Shown here: in pieces, positions 1 through 9,419 of the stretch
Layout of the letters: each line of letters begins with the position of its first letter
Numbering within the stretch: the first letter of the stretch is position 1
Notes under the pieces: generated by a model
Databases searched by the model: none
Seen by the model: only the letters and a program-made list of their open reading frames with translations
What the model was told of the DNA's origin: nothing
Translations under genes and position numbers: made by a program
From: Gemmatimonadales bacterium
GTDB taxonomy: Bacteria > Gemmatimonadota > Gemmatimonadetes > Gemmatimonadales > GWC2-71-9
Assembly: GCA_036391215.1 (NCBI GenBank)
Contig: DASWAI010000084.1
Span: 1 to 39,958 of the forward strand
Length of the DNA stretch: 39,958 nt
Reading direction: 5' to 3'

Positions 1-2
1 TG

Positions 3-737
3 GTGAAGGACGCGGACGAGATCGCCCGCCTGCGCAGGGCGATCGCGCTCACCACGTCGGCCGAGCAGGCGGCGATGGGTGGGGTCCGGCCGGGGACGTA
101 CGAGTACGAGATCGAGGCGCTGATCGAGTACGTCTTCCGCCGGGGCGGAGCCGAACGGCTGGGCTTTCCCAGCATCGTGGGCTCGGGGCCCAACTCGGTG
201 GCTCTCCACTACGACACGAACCGCCGCCGGATGGAGGCCGGGGACGTCGTGGTGATGGACATCGGGGCGGAGTTCGGCTACCTCAGCGCGGACGTCACCC
301 GCACGGCGCCGGTCTCGGGCACGTTCACGTCGCGGCAGCGAGCCATTTACAACCTGGTGCTGGCCACGCAGCAGACCGCGATCGACTCGGTGCACCCGGG
401 AATGACCCTACCCCGGCTCAACCAGATCGCCCGCGCCTACCTGCAGGCCCACTCCGACACGCTCTGCGGTAACGTCACGTGCGACAAGTACTTCGTGCAC
501 GGGCTGAGCCACTGGCTCGGGATGGATGTCCACGACGTTGGCAACATCCAGACGCCGCTCGCGCCCGGCATGGTGCTAACAGTCGAGCCCGGCATCTACC
601 TGCCGCACGAGGCGCTGGGGATTCGGATCGAGGACGATGTCCTGGTGACCGCCGAGGGGCACGAGGTGCTGTCGGCGGCGGCACCGAGGCGGCCGGAGGA
701 GGTGGAAGCGGTGATGCGCCGGAGCCGCCGGCCGTAA
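3..737 (+). CDS. Xaa-Pro aminopeptidase / M24B metallopeptidase, C-terminal part (5' end lies outside the window)
   Basis: The frame is open from the window edge. Pita-bread fold motifs are present: VVMDIGAEFGYLSADVTRT, HGLSHWLGMDVHD, VEPGIY, GIRIEDDVLVT. Confidence 0.85.
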   Translation: MKDADEIARLRRAIALTTSAEQAAMGGVRPGTYEYEIEALIEYVFRRGGAERLGFPSIVGSGPNSVALHYDTNRRRMEAGDVVVMDIGAEFGYLSADVTRTAPVSGTFTSRQRAIYNLVLATQQTAIDSVHPGMTLPRLNQIARAYLQAHSDTLCGNVTCDKYFVHGLSHWLGMDVHDVGNIQTPLAPGMVLTVEPGIYLPHEALGIRIEDDVLVTAEGHEVLSAAAPRRPEEVEAVMRRSRRP

Positions 738-778
738 ATCCGAACCGGTCTCTCCCGGATCGAGTCCGGCAAAGTTGC

Positions 779-807
779 TTGACGCGCCTGCTTCGAGTTG
801 GTAAAGT
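779..807 (+). promoter_or_regulatory. Putative sigma70-like promoter of the cta operon
   Basis: TTGACG (779-784), a 17-nt spacer, then TAAAGT (802-807). It lies about 70 nt upstream of the ctaC ATG, in the only sizeable non-coding gap here. Confidence 0.35.
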
Positions 808-878
808 CTTGGATTCCAAAAACGCCCGTTACTAATTGGGGCGCGAGATCCCTGGCTGACCGACAGGACTTCCACGAC

Positions 879-1985
879 ATGTCCCTAGCAGCCCGAGCCG
901 TCCGGCGTTTCAGCCGGCTGGCCCCCCTGTTCGTCGTCTTGCTCGTCCTAGTCGCCACCGCCTGCGCCCGGGACTACCCACAGACCACGCTGGCTCCGAA
1001 GGGAGACCTGGCGCGGATCGAGGACGACGTCTTCTTCGCGACGGTCAAGTGGGCCGTGCTCGTGTTCGTTCTGGTCGAGGGTGCGCTGGTCTACGCCATC
1101 TTCCGCTTCCGGGGGAAGCCGGGCGACGCGGAGCCGGAGCAGATCCACGGGAACACGATGGTCGAGATCATCTGGACGGTGATCCCGGCGCTCATCCTCG
1201 CGATGATCGCGGTGCCCACGGTCAAGGCGATCTTCAAGGAGAACGAGACGCCCAAGGGCGCCAACGTGCTCACCGTCGAGGTGATCGGGCACCAGTGGTG
1301 GTGGGAGTTCCGCTATCCGGAGTTCAACCTCACCACGGCCAACGAGTTGCACGTTCCGGTCGGGCGCACCGTGTCGCTCAAGATGGGCGCCTACGACGTG
1401 ATCCACAGCTTCTGGCTGCCGCAGTTCGCCGGCAAGCGGGACGTCTTCCCCAACCGGGAGACGCGGCTCTGGTTCACCGCCGAAGAGCCGGGCGAGTACT
1501 CGGGCCAGTGCGCCGAGTTCTGCGGGATCCAGCACGGGCGGATGGCGTTCAGGGTCGAGGCGCAGGAGCCGGCGGCGTTCCAGACCTGGGTGGACCACAT
1601 GAAGACGCTGGGCGCGCAGCCGGCGGCCGCGCCCGTAGCGGCGCCATCGACGGACTCTGTCCACACGTCGGCGGCGGGCGCCACGGTGCAGCAGCCGGCC
1701 GGGGATCTCGCGGCCCAGGGCCAGAAGCTGTTCCTCGCCAAGGGGTGCGTGGGCTGCCACTCGCTGGTGGCGTTCAACGCCCCGCAGGGCCTGCTGGGTC
1801 CGAACCTCGCGAACGTGGGGGCGCGGACGTACATCGCCGCGGGCACCCTCAAGAACACGGACGAGAACCTCGCCCACTGGATCCGCAATCCGCAGGAGGT
1901 CAAGCACGGGGTCCTGATGCCGGTCCTTGGGGTGACCGAGGACGAGGCGAAGGCCCTGGTCGCGTTCCTGCGCACCCATCAGTAA
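879..1985 (+). CDS. ctaC: Cytochrome c oxidase subunit II with a fused C-terminal cytochrome c domain (caa3 type)
   Basis: CuA site HSFWLPQFAGKRD ... CAEFCGIQHGRM, and a C-terminal haem-c motif CVGCHS. I chose the internal ATG at 879 (MSLAARAV..., a signal or lipoprotein-like LVATAC) over the track start at 798, which falls inside the putative promoter. Confidence 0.9.
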   Translation: MSLAARAVRRFSRLAPLFVVLLVLVATACARDYPQTTLAPKGDLARIEDDVFFATVKWAVLVFVLVEGALVYAIFRFRGKPGDAEPEQIHGNTMVEIIWTVIPALILAMIAVPTVKAIFKENETPKGANVLTVEVIGHQWWWEFRYPEFNLTTANELHVPVGRTVSLKMGAYDVIHSFWLPQFAGKRDVFPNRETRLWFTAEEPGEYSGQCAEFCGIQHGRMAFRVEAQEPAAFQTWVDHMKTLGAQPAAAPVAAPSTDSVHTSAAGATVQQPAGDLAAQGQKLFLAKGCVGCHSLVAFNAPQGLLGPNLANVGARTYIAAGTLKNTDENLAHWIRNPQEVKHGVLMPVLGVTEDEAKALVAFLRTHQ

Positions 1986-2003
1986 ACCACTTTAGGACGG
2001 CTA

Positions 2004-3881
2004 ATGGCTACCACGGTTCTGGGACAGGACGCGCACGTCGCGGCGGGACACGGCGAGAAGACGGGCCTCTGGAGCTGGATCACCACCGTCGATCACAAGC
2101 GGATCGGGATCCTCTACGGGGCCACCGCGTTCCTGTTCTTCCTCCTCGGCGGGCTCGAGGCGGAAGTGATCCGGCTGCAGCTGGCGAAGCCCGACAACAA
2201 GCTGGTGACGCCGGAGTTCTATAACCAGCTGTTCACCATGCACGGCACGACGATGATCTTCCTCGGCGTCATGCCGCTGTCGGCGATGTTCTTCAACTAT
2301 CTGATCCCGCTGATGATCGGCGCGCGGGACGTGGCGTTCCCGCGGCTCAACGCCTTCAGCTACTGGGTCTTCCTGCTGGGCGGCCTGTTCCTGAACTCGA
2401 GCTTCCTCTTCGGCGCGGCGCCCAACGCCGGCTGGTTCGGCTACGCCAACCTGACGTCGAAGCAGTTCTCGCCCGGGCTCAACGTGGACTTCTGGCTGAT
2501 GGGCCTCCAGATCCTGGGCGTGGCCTCGCTGGCGGCGGCGGTGAACTTCTTCGTCACGATCATCAATCTGCGGGCGCCCGGCATGAAGCTCATGCGGATG
2601 CCGATGTTCGTATGGATGAGCTTCATCACCCAGGTCCTGCTGCTGCTGGCCTTCCCGGTGATCACGGTCGCGCTGATCATGCTGATGTTCGACCGGCTGT
2701 TCGGCACCCACTTCTTCGTCCCGGCCGGCGGCGGCGACCCGATCCTGTGGCAGCACCTCTTCTGGATTTTCGGGCACCCCGAGGTCTACATCCTCATCCT
2801 GCCGGCCTTCGGCATCATCTCCGAGGTCCTGCCGGTGTTCTCGCGGAAGCCCCTGTTCGGCTACGCGGCGATGGTGTTCTCGGGCGCGTTCATCGCGTTT
2901 CTCGGCTTCGGCGTGTGGAGCCACCACATGTTCTCGACCGGCATGGGGCCGATCGCCGACACGTTCTTCTCGCTTGCCACGATGCTGATCGCGATACCGA
3001 CGGGGGTGAAGATCTTCAACTGGATCGGCACGATCTGGGGCGGGTCGCTCCAGTTCAAGACGCCCATGCTCTTCGCGCTCGGGTTCATCGCGATGTTCAT
3101 CATCGGCGGCCTGTCGGGCGTCATGCACGCGTCGCCCCCGGCCGACCTCCAGCAGACCGACACCTACTTCGTGGTGGCGCACTTCCACTACGTGCTCTTC
3201 GGCGGCAGCATCTTCGGCCTCACCAGCGGCGCCTACTACTGGTGGCCGAAGATGTCGGGCAAGATGCTGGACGAGAAGCTGGGCAAACTCCACTTCTGGC
3301 TCATGCTCATCGGGTTCAACCTGACGTTCTTCCCGATGCACTTCGTCGGCCTCCACGGGATGCCGCGGCGGGTGTACACCTATCCCAGCGGACTGGGCTT
3401 CGAGCTGCTGAACCAGATGGAGACGGTCGGCGCGCTGGTCCTGGCGGTTTCGTTCCTGGTGTTCCTGGTCAACATCTACAGGACCATGAAGAGCGGCGCG
3501 AAGGCGCCGGCCGATCCGTGGAACGGTGCCACGCTGGAGTGGTCCATCCCGTCGCCGCCGCAGGAATGGAACTTCACGGACGTGCCGGTGGTGCACGGCC
3601 GCGACCCCCTGTGGGAGGCGAAGCGCGAGCGGGGCGGGCCCCTGCCGGAGCCGCCGCTGGTGAGCGGGAAGGGGATCCATCTCCCCGCGCCGTCGTTCTG
3701 GCCGCTGGTGGCCGCGGTCGGCGTGACCCTGATCTTCGTCGGGTTCATGCTGCTGCCCAAGGTGGGCCCGTGGGGCCTGGTGATCGGCATCAGCACGTTG
3801 TTCTTCGGGATCTACAACTGGCTGTTCGAGCCAAGCTATACGTCGATCCCCGGGGTCAAGGGGAAGAGCAGCAGTCATTAG
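2004..3881 (+). CDS. ctaD: Cytochrome c oxidase subunit I
   Basis: 625 aa with classical haem-copper oxidase motifs: WFFGHPEVYILILPAFG-like LFWIFGHPEVYILILPAFGIISE, VWSHHMF, HFHYVLFGG. It has a C-terminal extension with extra TM segments. Confidence 0.95.
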   Translation: MATTVLGQDAHVAAGHGEKTGLWSWITTVDHKRIGILYGATAFLFFLLGGLEAEVIRLQLAKPDNKLVTPEFYNQLFTMHGTTMIFLGVMPLSAMFFNYLIPLMIGARDVAFPRLNAFSYWVFLLGGLFLNSSFLFGAAPNAGWFGYANLTSKQFSPGLNVDFWLMGLQILGVASLAAAVNFFVTIINLRAPGMKLMRMPMFVWMSFITQVLLLLAFPVITVALIMLMFDRLFGTHFFVPAGGGDPILWQHLFWIFGHPEVYILILPAFGIISEVLPVFSRKPLFGYAAMVFSGAFIAFLGFGVWSHHMFSTGMGPIADTFFSLATMLIAIPTGVKIFNWIGTIWGGSLQFKTPMLFALGFIAMFIIGGLSGVMHASPPADLQQTDTYFVVAHFHYVLFGGSIFGLTSGAYYWWPKMSGKMLDEKLGKLHFWLMLIGFNLTFFPMHFVGLHGMPRRVYTYPSGLGFELLNQMETVGALVLAVSFLVFLVNIYRTMKSGAKAPADPWNGATLEWSIPSPPQEWNFTDVPVVHGRDPLWEAKRERGGPLPEPPLVSGKGIHLPAPSFWPLVAAVGVTLIFVGFMLLPKVGPWGLVIGISTLFFGIYNWLFEPSYTSIPGVKGKSSSH

Positions 3882-3905
3882 CCGTCAGCCATCAGGAGCA
3901 CTGTC

Positions 3906-4532
3906 TTGTCCGACGCCCAAGCAGCTCACCTCGACACCGCTACTGGTCTCGACAGCCGGAAGCTCGCCATTTGGACCTTCATCGGGTCCGAATGCATGTT
4001 CTTCGCGTCGCTGATCTCGACCTACGTCGTCTACCGCCACCGGAGCCTGGTCGGCCCGTTCCCGCACCAGGCGTGGACCGATCCGGCCACCGGCAAGGTC
4101 TACGAGGCGATCATCGAGATCCCGCTCGTGACCGTCGGCACGGCGCTGCTCCTCTTCAGCTCGCTGTTCATCGTGCTCGCGCTCTACGGCGCCCAGCGGG
4201 GCAACCGCAAGATGCTGCTGGGCTGGCTGGGCGCCACGATCATGTGCGGGATCTTCTTCGTCTCGATGCAGGTGTACGAGTTCACCCACTTCGTGCACAA
4301 GGGCCTGACCCTTCAGCGGAACATGTTCGGGGCCAGCTTCTTCACCCTGACCGGCTTCCACGGGACGCACGTCACGATCGGGGTGATCTGGCTCATCACG
4401 ATGTTCGTGCTGGCGCTCAGGAAGCAGCTCCCGCCGGAAAACGCCGTCAATCTCGAGATGGCCGCGCTGTACTGGCACTTCGTGGACGTGGTGTGGATCA
4501 TCATCTTCCCCGTCGTTTACCTGATGCAGTGA
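3906..4532 (+). CDS. ctaE: Cytochrome c oxidase subunit III
   Basis: A 208-aa polytopic protein with FFTLTGFHGTHVTIGVIWL and LYWHFVDVVWI motifs. TTG start is preceded by AGGAG 7 nt upstream. Confidence 0.9.
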   Translation: MSDAQAAHLDTATGLDSRKLAIWTFIGSECMFFASLISTYVVYRHRSLVGPFPHQAWTDPATGKVYEAIIEIPLVTVGTALLLFSSLFIVLALYGAQRGNRKMLLGWLGATIMCGIFFVSMQVYEFTHFVHKGLTLQRNMFGASFFTLTGFHGTHVTIGVIWLITMFVLALRKQLPPENAVNLEMAALYWHFVDVVWIIIFPVVYLMQ

Positions 4533-4542
4533 GGCCCGAGGC

Positions 4543-4902
4543 ATGACCGCACACGTCACCACCGCCGACGAGCACGCGCACGCCCACCCGACCCCGGGCA
4601 CCTACACCAAGGTCGGGCTGGTGCTGTTCATCCTCACCGCGCTCGAGGTGGCGCTCTACGAGATCACGTTCGGGGAGCACGCCGGAGCGCTGGGCGACCT
4701 GCACCTGGTCTTCGTCCCGATGCTCCTCGCGCTCTCGTTCGCGAAGTTCGCGCTGGTGGCCATGTTCTACATGCACCTGAAGCAGGACCACCGGCTCTTC
4801 TCCGGGGTCTTCGTCTTCCCGCTGATCATCGCGGGGGTGGTGATCATGGCGCTGGCGACCCTCATGGCCTACCACATGGCCTTCGCCAAGTCGGGCGGGT
4901 GA
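4543..4902 (+). CDS. ctaF: Cytochrome c oxidase subunit IV (prokaryotic COX4 family)
   Basis: A 119-aa protein with 3 TM segments and FAKFALVAMFYMHLK. It sits directly after ctaE. Confidence 0.8.
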   Translation: MTAHVTTADEHAHAHPTPGTYTKVGLVLFILTALEVALYEITFGEHAGALGDLHLVFVPMLLALSFAKFALVAMFYMHLKQDHRLFSGVFVFPLIIAGVVIMALATLMAYHMAFAKSGG

Positions 4903-5726
4903 TACCCGGCGGGCTCGCGCCGCTCCTGCTCGATACGCGGCCGAGACCCACCGTTCCGTTCGAGCCGAGCTGGTCGCTCCATCCGAGCGTACTGATAGGC
5001 ACCGGGCTTCTCGGTGCCTTGTACGTTTGGGGCATCGGCCCGCTCCGCCGGAAGAAGGGATGGGGACCGGCGGTCCCGGCGTGGCGGGTGGCGTGCTTCA
5101 TGGCGGGCCTGGCCGTGCTGCTCGTGTCGCTCGACGGTCCGATCCACGACCTGAGCGACTACTATCTGTTCTGGGTCCACATGGCGCAGCACCTGCTGCT
5201 CACGCTGGTGCTGCCGCCGCTGCTCATCGCGGGGACTCCAGGCTGGCTCCTGAGCCCGCTGCTCCGCCGGGCTCCCGTCCGTGCCGCCGCCCGCCTCCTC
5301 ACGCATCCCGTCGCCGCCGGGCTCCTGTTCACCGTCACGATCGCGGTCTGGCACACGACCCAGGCCTACGACCTGATGATGCGGGACCACGACGTGCACG
5401 TGTTCACCCACCTCCTGTTCATGGTCACGGCCGTGATCATGTGGTGGCCGGTGATGAGCCCCTCGCCCGAGGTGCCGCCGCTCGGCCTGGGCCTCCGGAT
5501 GCTCTACCTGTTCCTCGTGAGCATCCCGATGCAGATCGTAGCCGCGATCATCACGCTGGCCGATTCGGTGCTGTACGTCTGGTACGCGGCGGCGCCGCGC
5601 ACCTGGGGGCTGTCGGCGCTGGACGACCAGAAGATCGGCGGGCTGCTGATGTGGATCCCCGGCAACCTCTACATGTTCTGCGCGATCGGCGTGGTGTTCT
5701 TTATCTGGGCGAAGCAGGAGAGCTAG
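4899..5726 (+). CDS. ctaG: Cytochrome c oxidase assembly factor CtaG (caa3_CtaG family membrane protein)
   Basis: A polytopic membrane protein with HMAQHLLLTLVLPPLL and a MWWPV motif. Its GTG start overlaps the ctaF stop (GTGA at 4899-4902). Confidence 0.8.
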   Translation: MIPGGLAPLLLDTRPRPTVPFEPSWSLHPSVLIGTGLLGALYVWGIGPLRRKKGWGPAVPAWRVACFMAGLAVLLVSLDGPIHDLSDYYLFWVHMAQHLLLTLVLPPLLIAGTPGWLLSPLLRRAPVRAAARLLTHPVAAGLLFTVTIAVWHTTQAYDLMMRDHDVHVFTHLLFMVTAVIMWWPVMSPSPEVPPLGLGLRMLYLFLVSIPMQIVAAIITLADSVLYVWYAAAPRTWGLSALDDQKIGGLLMWIPGNLYMFCAIGVVFFIWAKQES

Positions 5727-5750
5727 CGCGCGGCGATGACCGGCGCGCGC
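5726..5750. terminator. GC-rich hairpin between convergent ctaG and yceI-like genes
   Basis: GCGCGCG (5726-5732) pairs with CGCGCGC (5744-5750) around an 11-nt loop. The hairpin overlaps one stop codon (ctaG TAG, 5724-5726) and abuts the other (yceI, 5751-5753). There is no T-tract. Confidence 0.35.
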
Positions 5751-6368
5751 TCAGGAAATGCGCGCGGCCTCGATGGTGATGGTGATGTCCACGTCGTCGC
5801 CGATGGTGCTCACGCCGGCGACGACCTCGTTCCAGGTGATCCCGAAGTCCCGCCGGTCGATCGTGGTGCCCGCCTCGAAGCCGATGCGCTCGTGCCCCTC
5901 GCGGTCCCGGGCGATGCCCCGGTAGGCCCCCTTGAGGACGATGGGCCGCGAGCGGCCCTTGATCGTGAGGACCCCGCGGAGCTCGACCGAGCTGCCCCGC
6001 GCGATGATGCGGGTGCTCTCGAATGTCATCTGGGGAAAGCTGTCTACCGCGAAGAACCGGTTGGAACGAAGGTCGGCGTCCCGGTACTTGTTGCCGGTGT
6101 CGAGGCTGCGCGTCTGGACCGTCACCCGCACCGTTCCGTGGGTCCAGTCGCGGTTCTGCGTCTCCAGGAGCCCGTACCAGTCGGTAAAGGTCCCCCGGAC
6201 CCGGCCCACCAGGTGCCGGATGCGGAAGTCCACCTGGGAGTGGACCGGATCCACCACCCACTTGGTGGCCGCGGTCGAGGAGGCCGGCTCCGGCACCGCC
6301 TGGCCGAGCGCGGCGGCGGGCGCCACGAGCGTGACGGCGAGTGCGGCGAGCAGAGCGTTTCGGCCCAT
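5751..6368 (-). CDS. YceI family periplasmic polyisoprenoid-binding protein
   Basis: Signal peptide, then VDPVHSQVDFRIRHLVGRVRGTFTDW and TIKGRSRPIVL, which are typical YceI. SD GGGAGGG lies before the ATG. Confidence 0.85.
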   Translation of the reverse strand: MGRNALLAALAVTLVAPAAALGQAVPEPASSTAATKWVVDPVHSQVDFRIRHLVGRVRGTFTDWYGLLETQNRDWTHGTVRVTVQTRSLDTGNKYRDADLRSNRFFAVDSFPQMTFESTRIIARGSSVELRGVLTIKGRSRPIVLKGAYRGIARDREGHERIGFEAGTTIDRRDFGITWNEVVAGVSTIGDDVDITITIEAARIS

Positions 6369-6477
6369 CGTGCCCTCCCGGGAGCGGTCTAGCCCGGCGT
6401 ACGCGGGAGCCGGGACGTGTGGGGGAAGCTAGGCCGCGCAGGATGAAGCCACCGTGAAGTCGGGACCCACGGCCTGT

Positions 6478-6843
6478 TCACCCCCGCGCAGCCAGCCCCA
6501 GGCAGAGCCAGCCGGCGAGCAAGCAGACCCCGCCCAGCGGAGTGATCGCGCCGAGCCAGCGGACGCCGCTCAGCGCCAGCACATAGAGGCTGCCGGAGAA
6601 GAGCAGGGTGCCCGCCACGAAGAGCCAGCCGGCCCAGGCGACCAGCGGGCCGGACCAGCGGCCGGCCGCCCAGGCCACGGCCAGGAGTGCCAGCGCGTGG
6701 TACATCTGGTAACGGGCGCCGGTCTCGAACACCGCGAGGAGGTCCGCCGGGAGCCGGGCGCGGAGCGCGTGCGCCCCGAAGGCACCGGCCGCGACGCTCA
6801 CGAATCCCGAGAGGGCGCCGAGGGAGAAGAAGAGACGATCCAT
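6478..6843 (-). CDS. DUF423 (YgdD/TMEM256-like) small membrane protein
   Basis: Only the last 121 codons of track ORF 6478..7335 look real. The sequence MDRLFFSLGALSGFVSVAAGAFGAHAL...YQMYHALALL has 4 TM segments. Confidence 0.8.
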   Translation of the reverse strand: MDRLFFSLGALSGFVSVAAGAFGAHALRARLPADLLAVFETGARYQMYHALALLAVAWAAGRWSGPLVAWAGWLFVAGTLLFSGSLYVLALSGVRWLGAITPLGGVCLLAGWLCLGLAARG

Positions 6844-6857
6844 GGGACGTGCGCCGG

Positions 6858-7673
6858 TCACAGCCCGCGGTCGGCGGGGACGAGCCAGTGGCCGCCATCC
6901 ACCACGAAGATCGATCCGGTGATCCAGTCGCCGGCCGGGCTCGCGAGGAAGGTGACCATCCGCCCGATGTCCTCCGGCGTGCCCCACCGCCCGGCGGGGA
7001 TCGCCTGCCGGGCGTACGCGTCCATCTTGAAGAGATCGGGGGTCTCGGCGTTCGGGGGCGTGAACGCCTTCCTCACCCCTTCCGTGGGGATCGGCCCGGG
7101 CGCCACCGCGTTCACCGTGATCCGGTCCGGCGCCCACTCGAGCGCCAGGGTCCGGGTGAGCGCGTCCACTCCCGCCTTGGCCGCCGTCGCGTGCGCCATC
7201 AGCGGCCATCCGCGGTAGTGGAGCGTCATCGAGACCGAAACGATCCGCCCGCCGCCGGCGGCCTTGAGCGCGGGGTAGGCCGCCTGGCAGCAGTAGAACG
7301 TGCCGTAGAGGTCGGTCTCGACGACGGAGCGCCACGCGTTGGCGGACAACGTCGCCGACGGCGCGTAGAAGTTGCCGGCGGCGTTGTTCACGAGGATGTC
7401 CAGGCGGCCCAGCTCGCCGGTCACCCGCTCGACCATCTGCGCGACCGATTCCGGCTCCCGCACGTTCGCGGCGACGGCGAGGGCGCGGGGCCCGAGTGCC
7501 CCGAGCCGCGCGACCGCCGGCTCGAGGTGCTCCGGCTTCCGGCTCGCGATGGCGACCGCGGCGCCGGCTTCTGCCAGGCAGCTCGCGATGCCGAAGCCGA
7601 TCCCGGTGCCGCCGCCGGTGACCAGCGCCACCTTCCCCGCGAGCAGATCGGGGGCGAATATCGGCTTGCTCAC
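6858..7673 (-). CDS. SDR-family oxidoreductase, 2,4-dienoyl-CoA reductase (DECR)-like
   Basis: GKVALVTGGGTGIGFGI, ILVNNAAGNF, AAKAGVDALTR; from memory it resembles mitochondrial DECR throughout. Its GTG start overlaps the stop of the upstream crotonase (7670-7673). Confidence 0.85.
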   Translation of the reverse strand: MSKPIFAPDLLAGKVALVTGGGTGIGFGIASCLAEAGAAVAIASRKPEHLEPAVARLGALGPRALAVAANVREPESVAQMVERVTGELGRLDILVNNAAGNFYAPSATLSANAWRSVVETDLYGTFYCCQAAYPALKAAGGGRIVSVSMTLHYRGWPLMAHATAAKAGVDALTRTLALEWAPDRITVNAVAPGPIPTEGVRKAFTPPNAETPDLFKMDAYARQAIPAGRWGTPEDIGRMVTFLASPAGDWITGSIFVVDGGHWLVPADRGL

Positions 7674-8455
7674 CGGCCCCCCTGGTCCCGGGCGCTCCGG
7701 GCGAGAAACGCGGCGAGCCGGCGCTGGAACTCCGGGCTCAGGAACGCGGCGGTCTGGGCCTCGCCCTCGGCCTCGAGCGCGCGGGTTAGGCCCGTCAGCT
7801 CTTCGGCCCGGCAGAGCCGCTTGATGGAGGCCAGGCTCCCGGGCGCGTTGGCGGCGAGCGCGGCGGCCAGCGCGGTGACGCGGGCCTCCAGCTCGTTGTC
7901 CTCCACGACCTCGTCCACCAGGCCCCACCGGAGAGCGGACTGGGCGTCCACCGTCTCGCTCGCGAGCAGGAAACGGAGCGCTGCGCCGTCGCCGATGAGG
8001 CGGGGAAGACCGTAGGTGGACCCGCCGTCGGGCACCAGGCCCATGCGGGAGAACGCGGACGTGAAGCTGCAGCTCGTCCCCGCCAGGCGCATGTCGCACG
8101 CGACGGCCAGATCCACCCCGAAGCCCGCGGCCGCGCCGCGCACGACGGCGATCACCGGCAGCGGCGCCCGGACGATCGCGAGAATGACCGACTGGAACCG
8201 CTGGAGGCCGCGCCGGATGTCTTCCTGGTCGGGCGTGGCGCCGAGCGTCTCGAGCCAGCGCAGGTCCAGGCCGGCGCAGAAGTGACCGCCGGCGCCCTCG
8301 AGCAGGATCACCCGGGCGCTGCCCGCCGCGCTCACGCGCTCGATCTCAGCCGCCAGGGCGTGCGCCAGCTCGGGCGTGAGCGCGTTCCGCCGGGCGGGTC
8401 GATTGAGCGTGAGCCTCCAGGCGGGACCATCGGCCCGGCTCAGCAGGTCATCCAT
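7670..8455 (-). CDS. Enoyl-CoA hydratase/isomerase (crotonase) family protein
   Basis: 261 aa with LNRPARRNAL, the oxyanion-hole segment FCAGLDL, and RGAAAGFGVDLAVACDMRLA. Confidence 0.85.
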   Translation of the reverse strand: MDDLLSRADGPAWRLTLNRPARRNALTPELAHALAAEIERVSAAGSARVILLEGAGGHFCAGLDLRWLETLGATPDQEDIRRGLQRFQSVILAIVRAPLPVIAVVRGAAAGFGVDLAVACDMRLAGTSCSFTSAFSRMGLVPDGGSTYGLPRLIGDGAALRFLLASETVDAQSALRWGLVDEVVEDNELEARVTALAAALAANAPGSLASIKRLCRAEELTGLTRALEAEGEAQTAAFLSPEFQRRLAAFLARSARDQGGR

Positions 8456-8473
8456 TCGCGGCTCCCGCCGGAC

Positions 8474-9388
8474 TCACGTGGCCGGCGCGGGCGGCGCCAC
8501 CGGGGCGACCGCCATGCCCATCGCGTGATAACCGTTGTCGACGTAGACCACGCTGCCCGTGATCGCGCCGGCGAGCGGGCTCGAGAGGAAAGCCGCGGCG
8601 TGCCCCACGTCGTCGGCGGTGATCGCGCCCGGCAGCGGCGAGTTGGCGCTGGTGTAGGCGATCATGTTGTGAATGAAGCCGATCGCGGTGGCGGCGCGCG
8701 ACGCCCAGGGCCCGGCGGAGATGGCGTTCACCCGCACGCCCCACCTGCGTCCCGCTTCGAAGGCCAGCGTCCGCGTGTCGGACTCGAGCGCGGCCTTGGC
8801 GCTCGACATGCCCCCGCCGTAGCCCGGGATCACCCGCTCGCCCGCCATGTAGGTCAGCGAGAGAAACGTCCCGCCGGGGCGCATCAGCGGGGCCAGGTGG
8901 CGCACGAGGGAGATGTTGCTGTACGCGCTCACGCTCACGGCGGCCAGATACCCGGCCCGGCTGGTCTCGAGCAGCGGATTCTTCACCTCCGGGCCGTTGG
9001 CCAAGCTGTGGACGACGATGTCTAGGCCGTGCTCGCCGAAGTCCCGGCGGACCCGCTCGGTCATCCCTGCGACACTGAAGTCGCCCTGCTCCTTGTACCG
9101 CTTGTTCTCCAGGATGTCGGGCGGCGCGTCCGCCAGCGTGTCGAAGGCGGCGTCGAGCGGGTAGATCCGCTCGAACTCGAGCTTGCGTCCGTCGGAGAGC
9201 CGGAGCGACTCCTCCATCTTCCCCCGCTCGAGCAGCTTGAGGAAGATCCCGAGCGCCGGCGGCCAGCTCCCGACGCAAACCGAGGCCCCGGCCTCGGCCA
9301 GGGCCTTGGCGATGGCGAAGCCGAAGCCTCCGTCGTCCGAGACGCCGGCCACGAGCGCGCGCTTGCCGCGGAGGTCGATCCCGAGCAT
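8474..9388 (-). CDS. fabI: Enoyl-[acyl-carrier-protein] reductase (NADH), plant/chlamydial-type FabI
   Basis: Near-colinear with my recollection of plant ENR: [76 protein letters not shown]. Confidence 0.9.
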   Translation of the reverse strand: MLGIDLRGKRALVAGVSDDGGFGFAIAKALAEAGASVCVGSWPPALGIFLKLLERGKMEESLRLSDGRKLEFERIYPLDAAFDTLADAPPDILENKRYKEQGDFSVAGMTERVRRDFGEHGLDIVVHSLANGPEVKNPLLETSRAGYLAAVSVSAYSNISLVRHLAPLMRPGGTFLSLTYMAGERVIPGYGGGMSSAKAALESDTRTLAFEAGRRWGVRVNAISAGPWASRAATAIGFIHNMIAYTSANSPLPGAITADDVGHAAAFLSSPLAGAITGSVVYVDNGYHAMGMAVAPVAPPAPAT

Positions 9389-9419
9389 GGTCGTCCCTGG
9401 GTGGAAGAGGCGGAGGAAT

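Noticed and set aside
2001-3878. Very long antisense or alternate-frame ORFs. Examples: 2001..3878 -, 948..1979 -, 9183..12278 +, 16576..18837 -, 19829..22711 +, 20406..22127 -, 25043..26920 +, 35725..37293 -, 37025..38257 -.
   Set aside because: These are typical shadow ORFs of very GC-rich DNA. Their translations are Arg/Pro/Gly/Ala-rich low-complexity strings with no motifs. Each lies opposite or out of frame to a gene with unmistakable family signatures.
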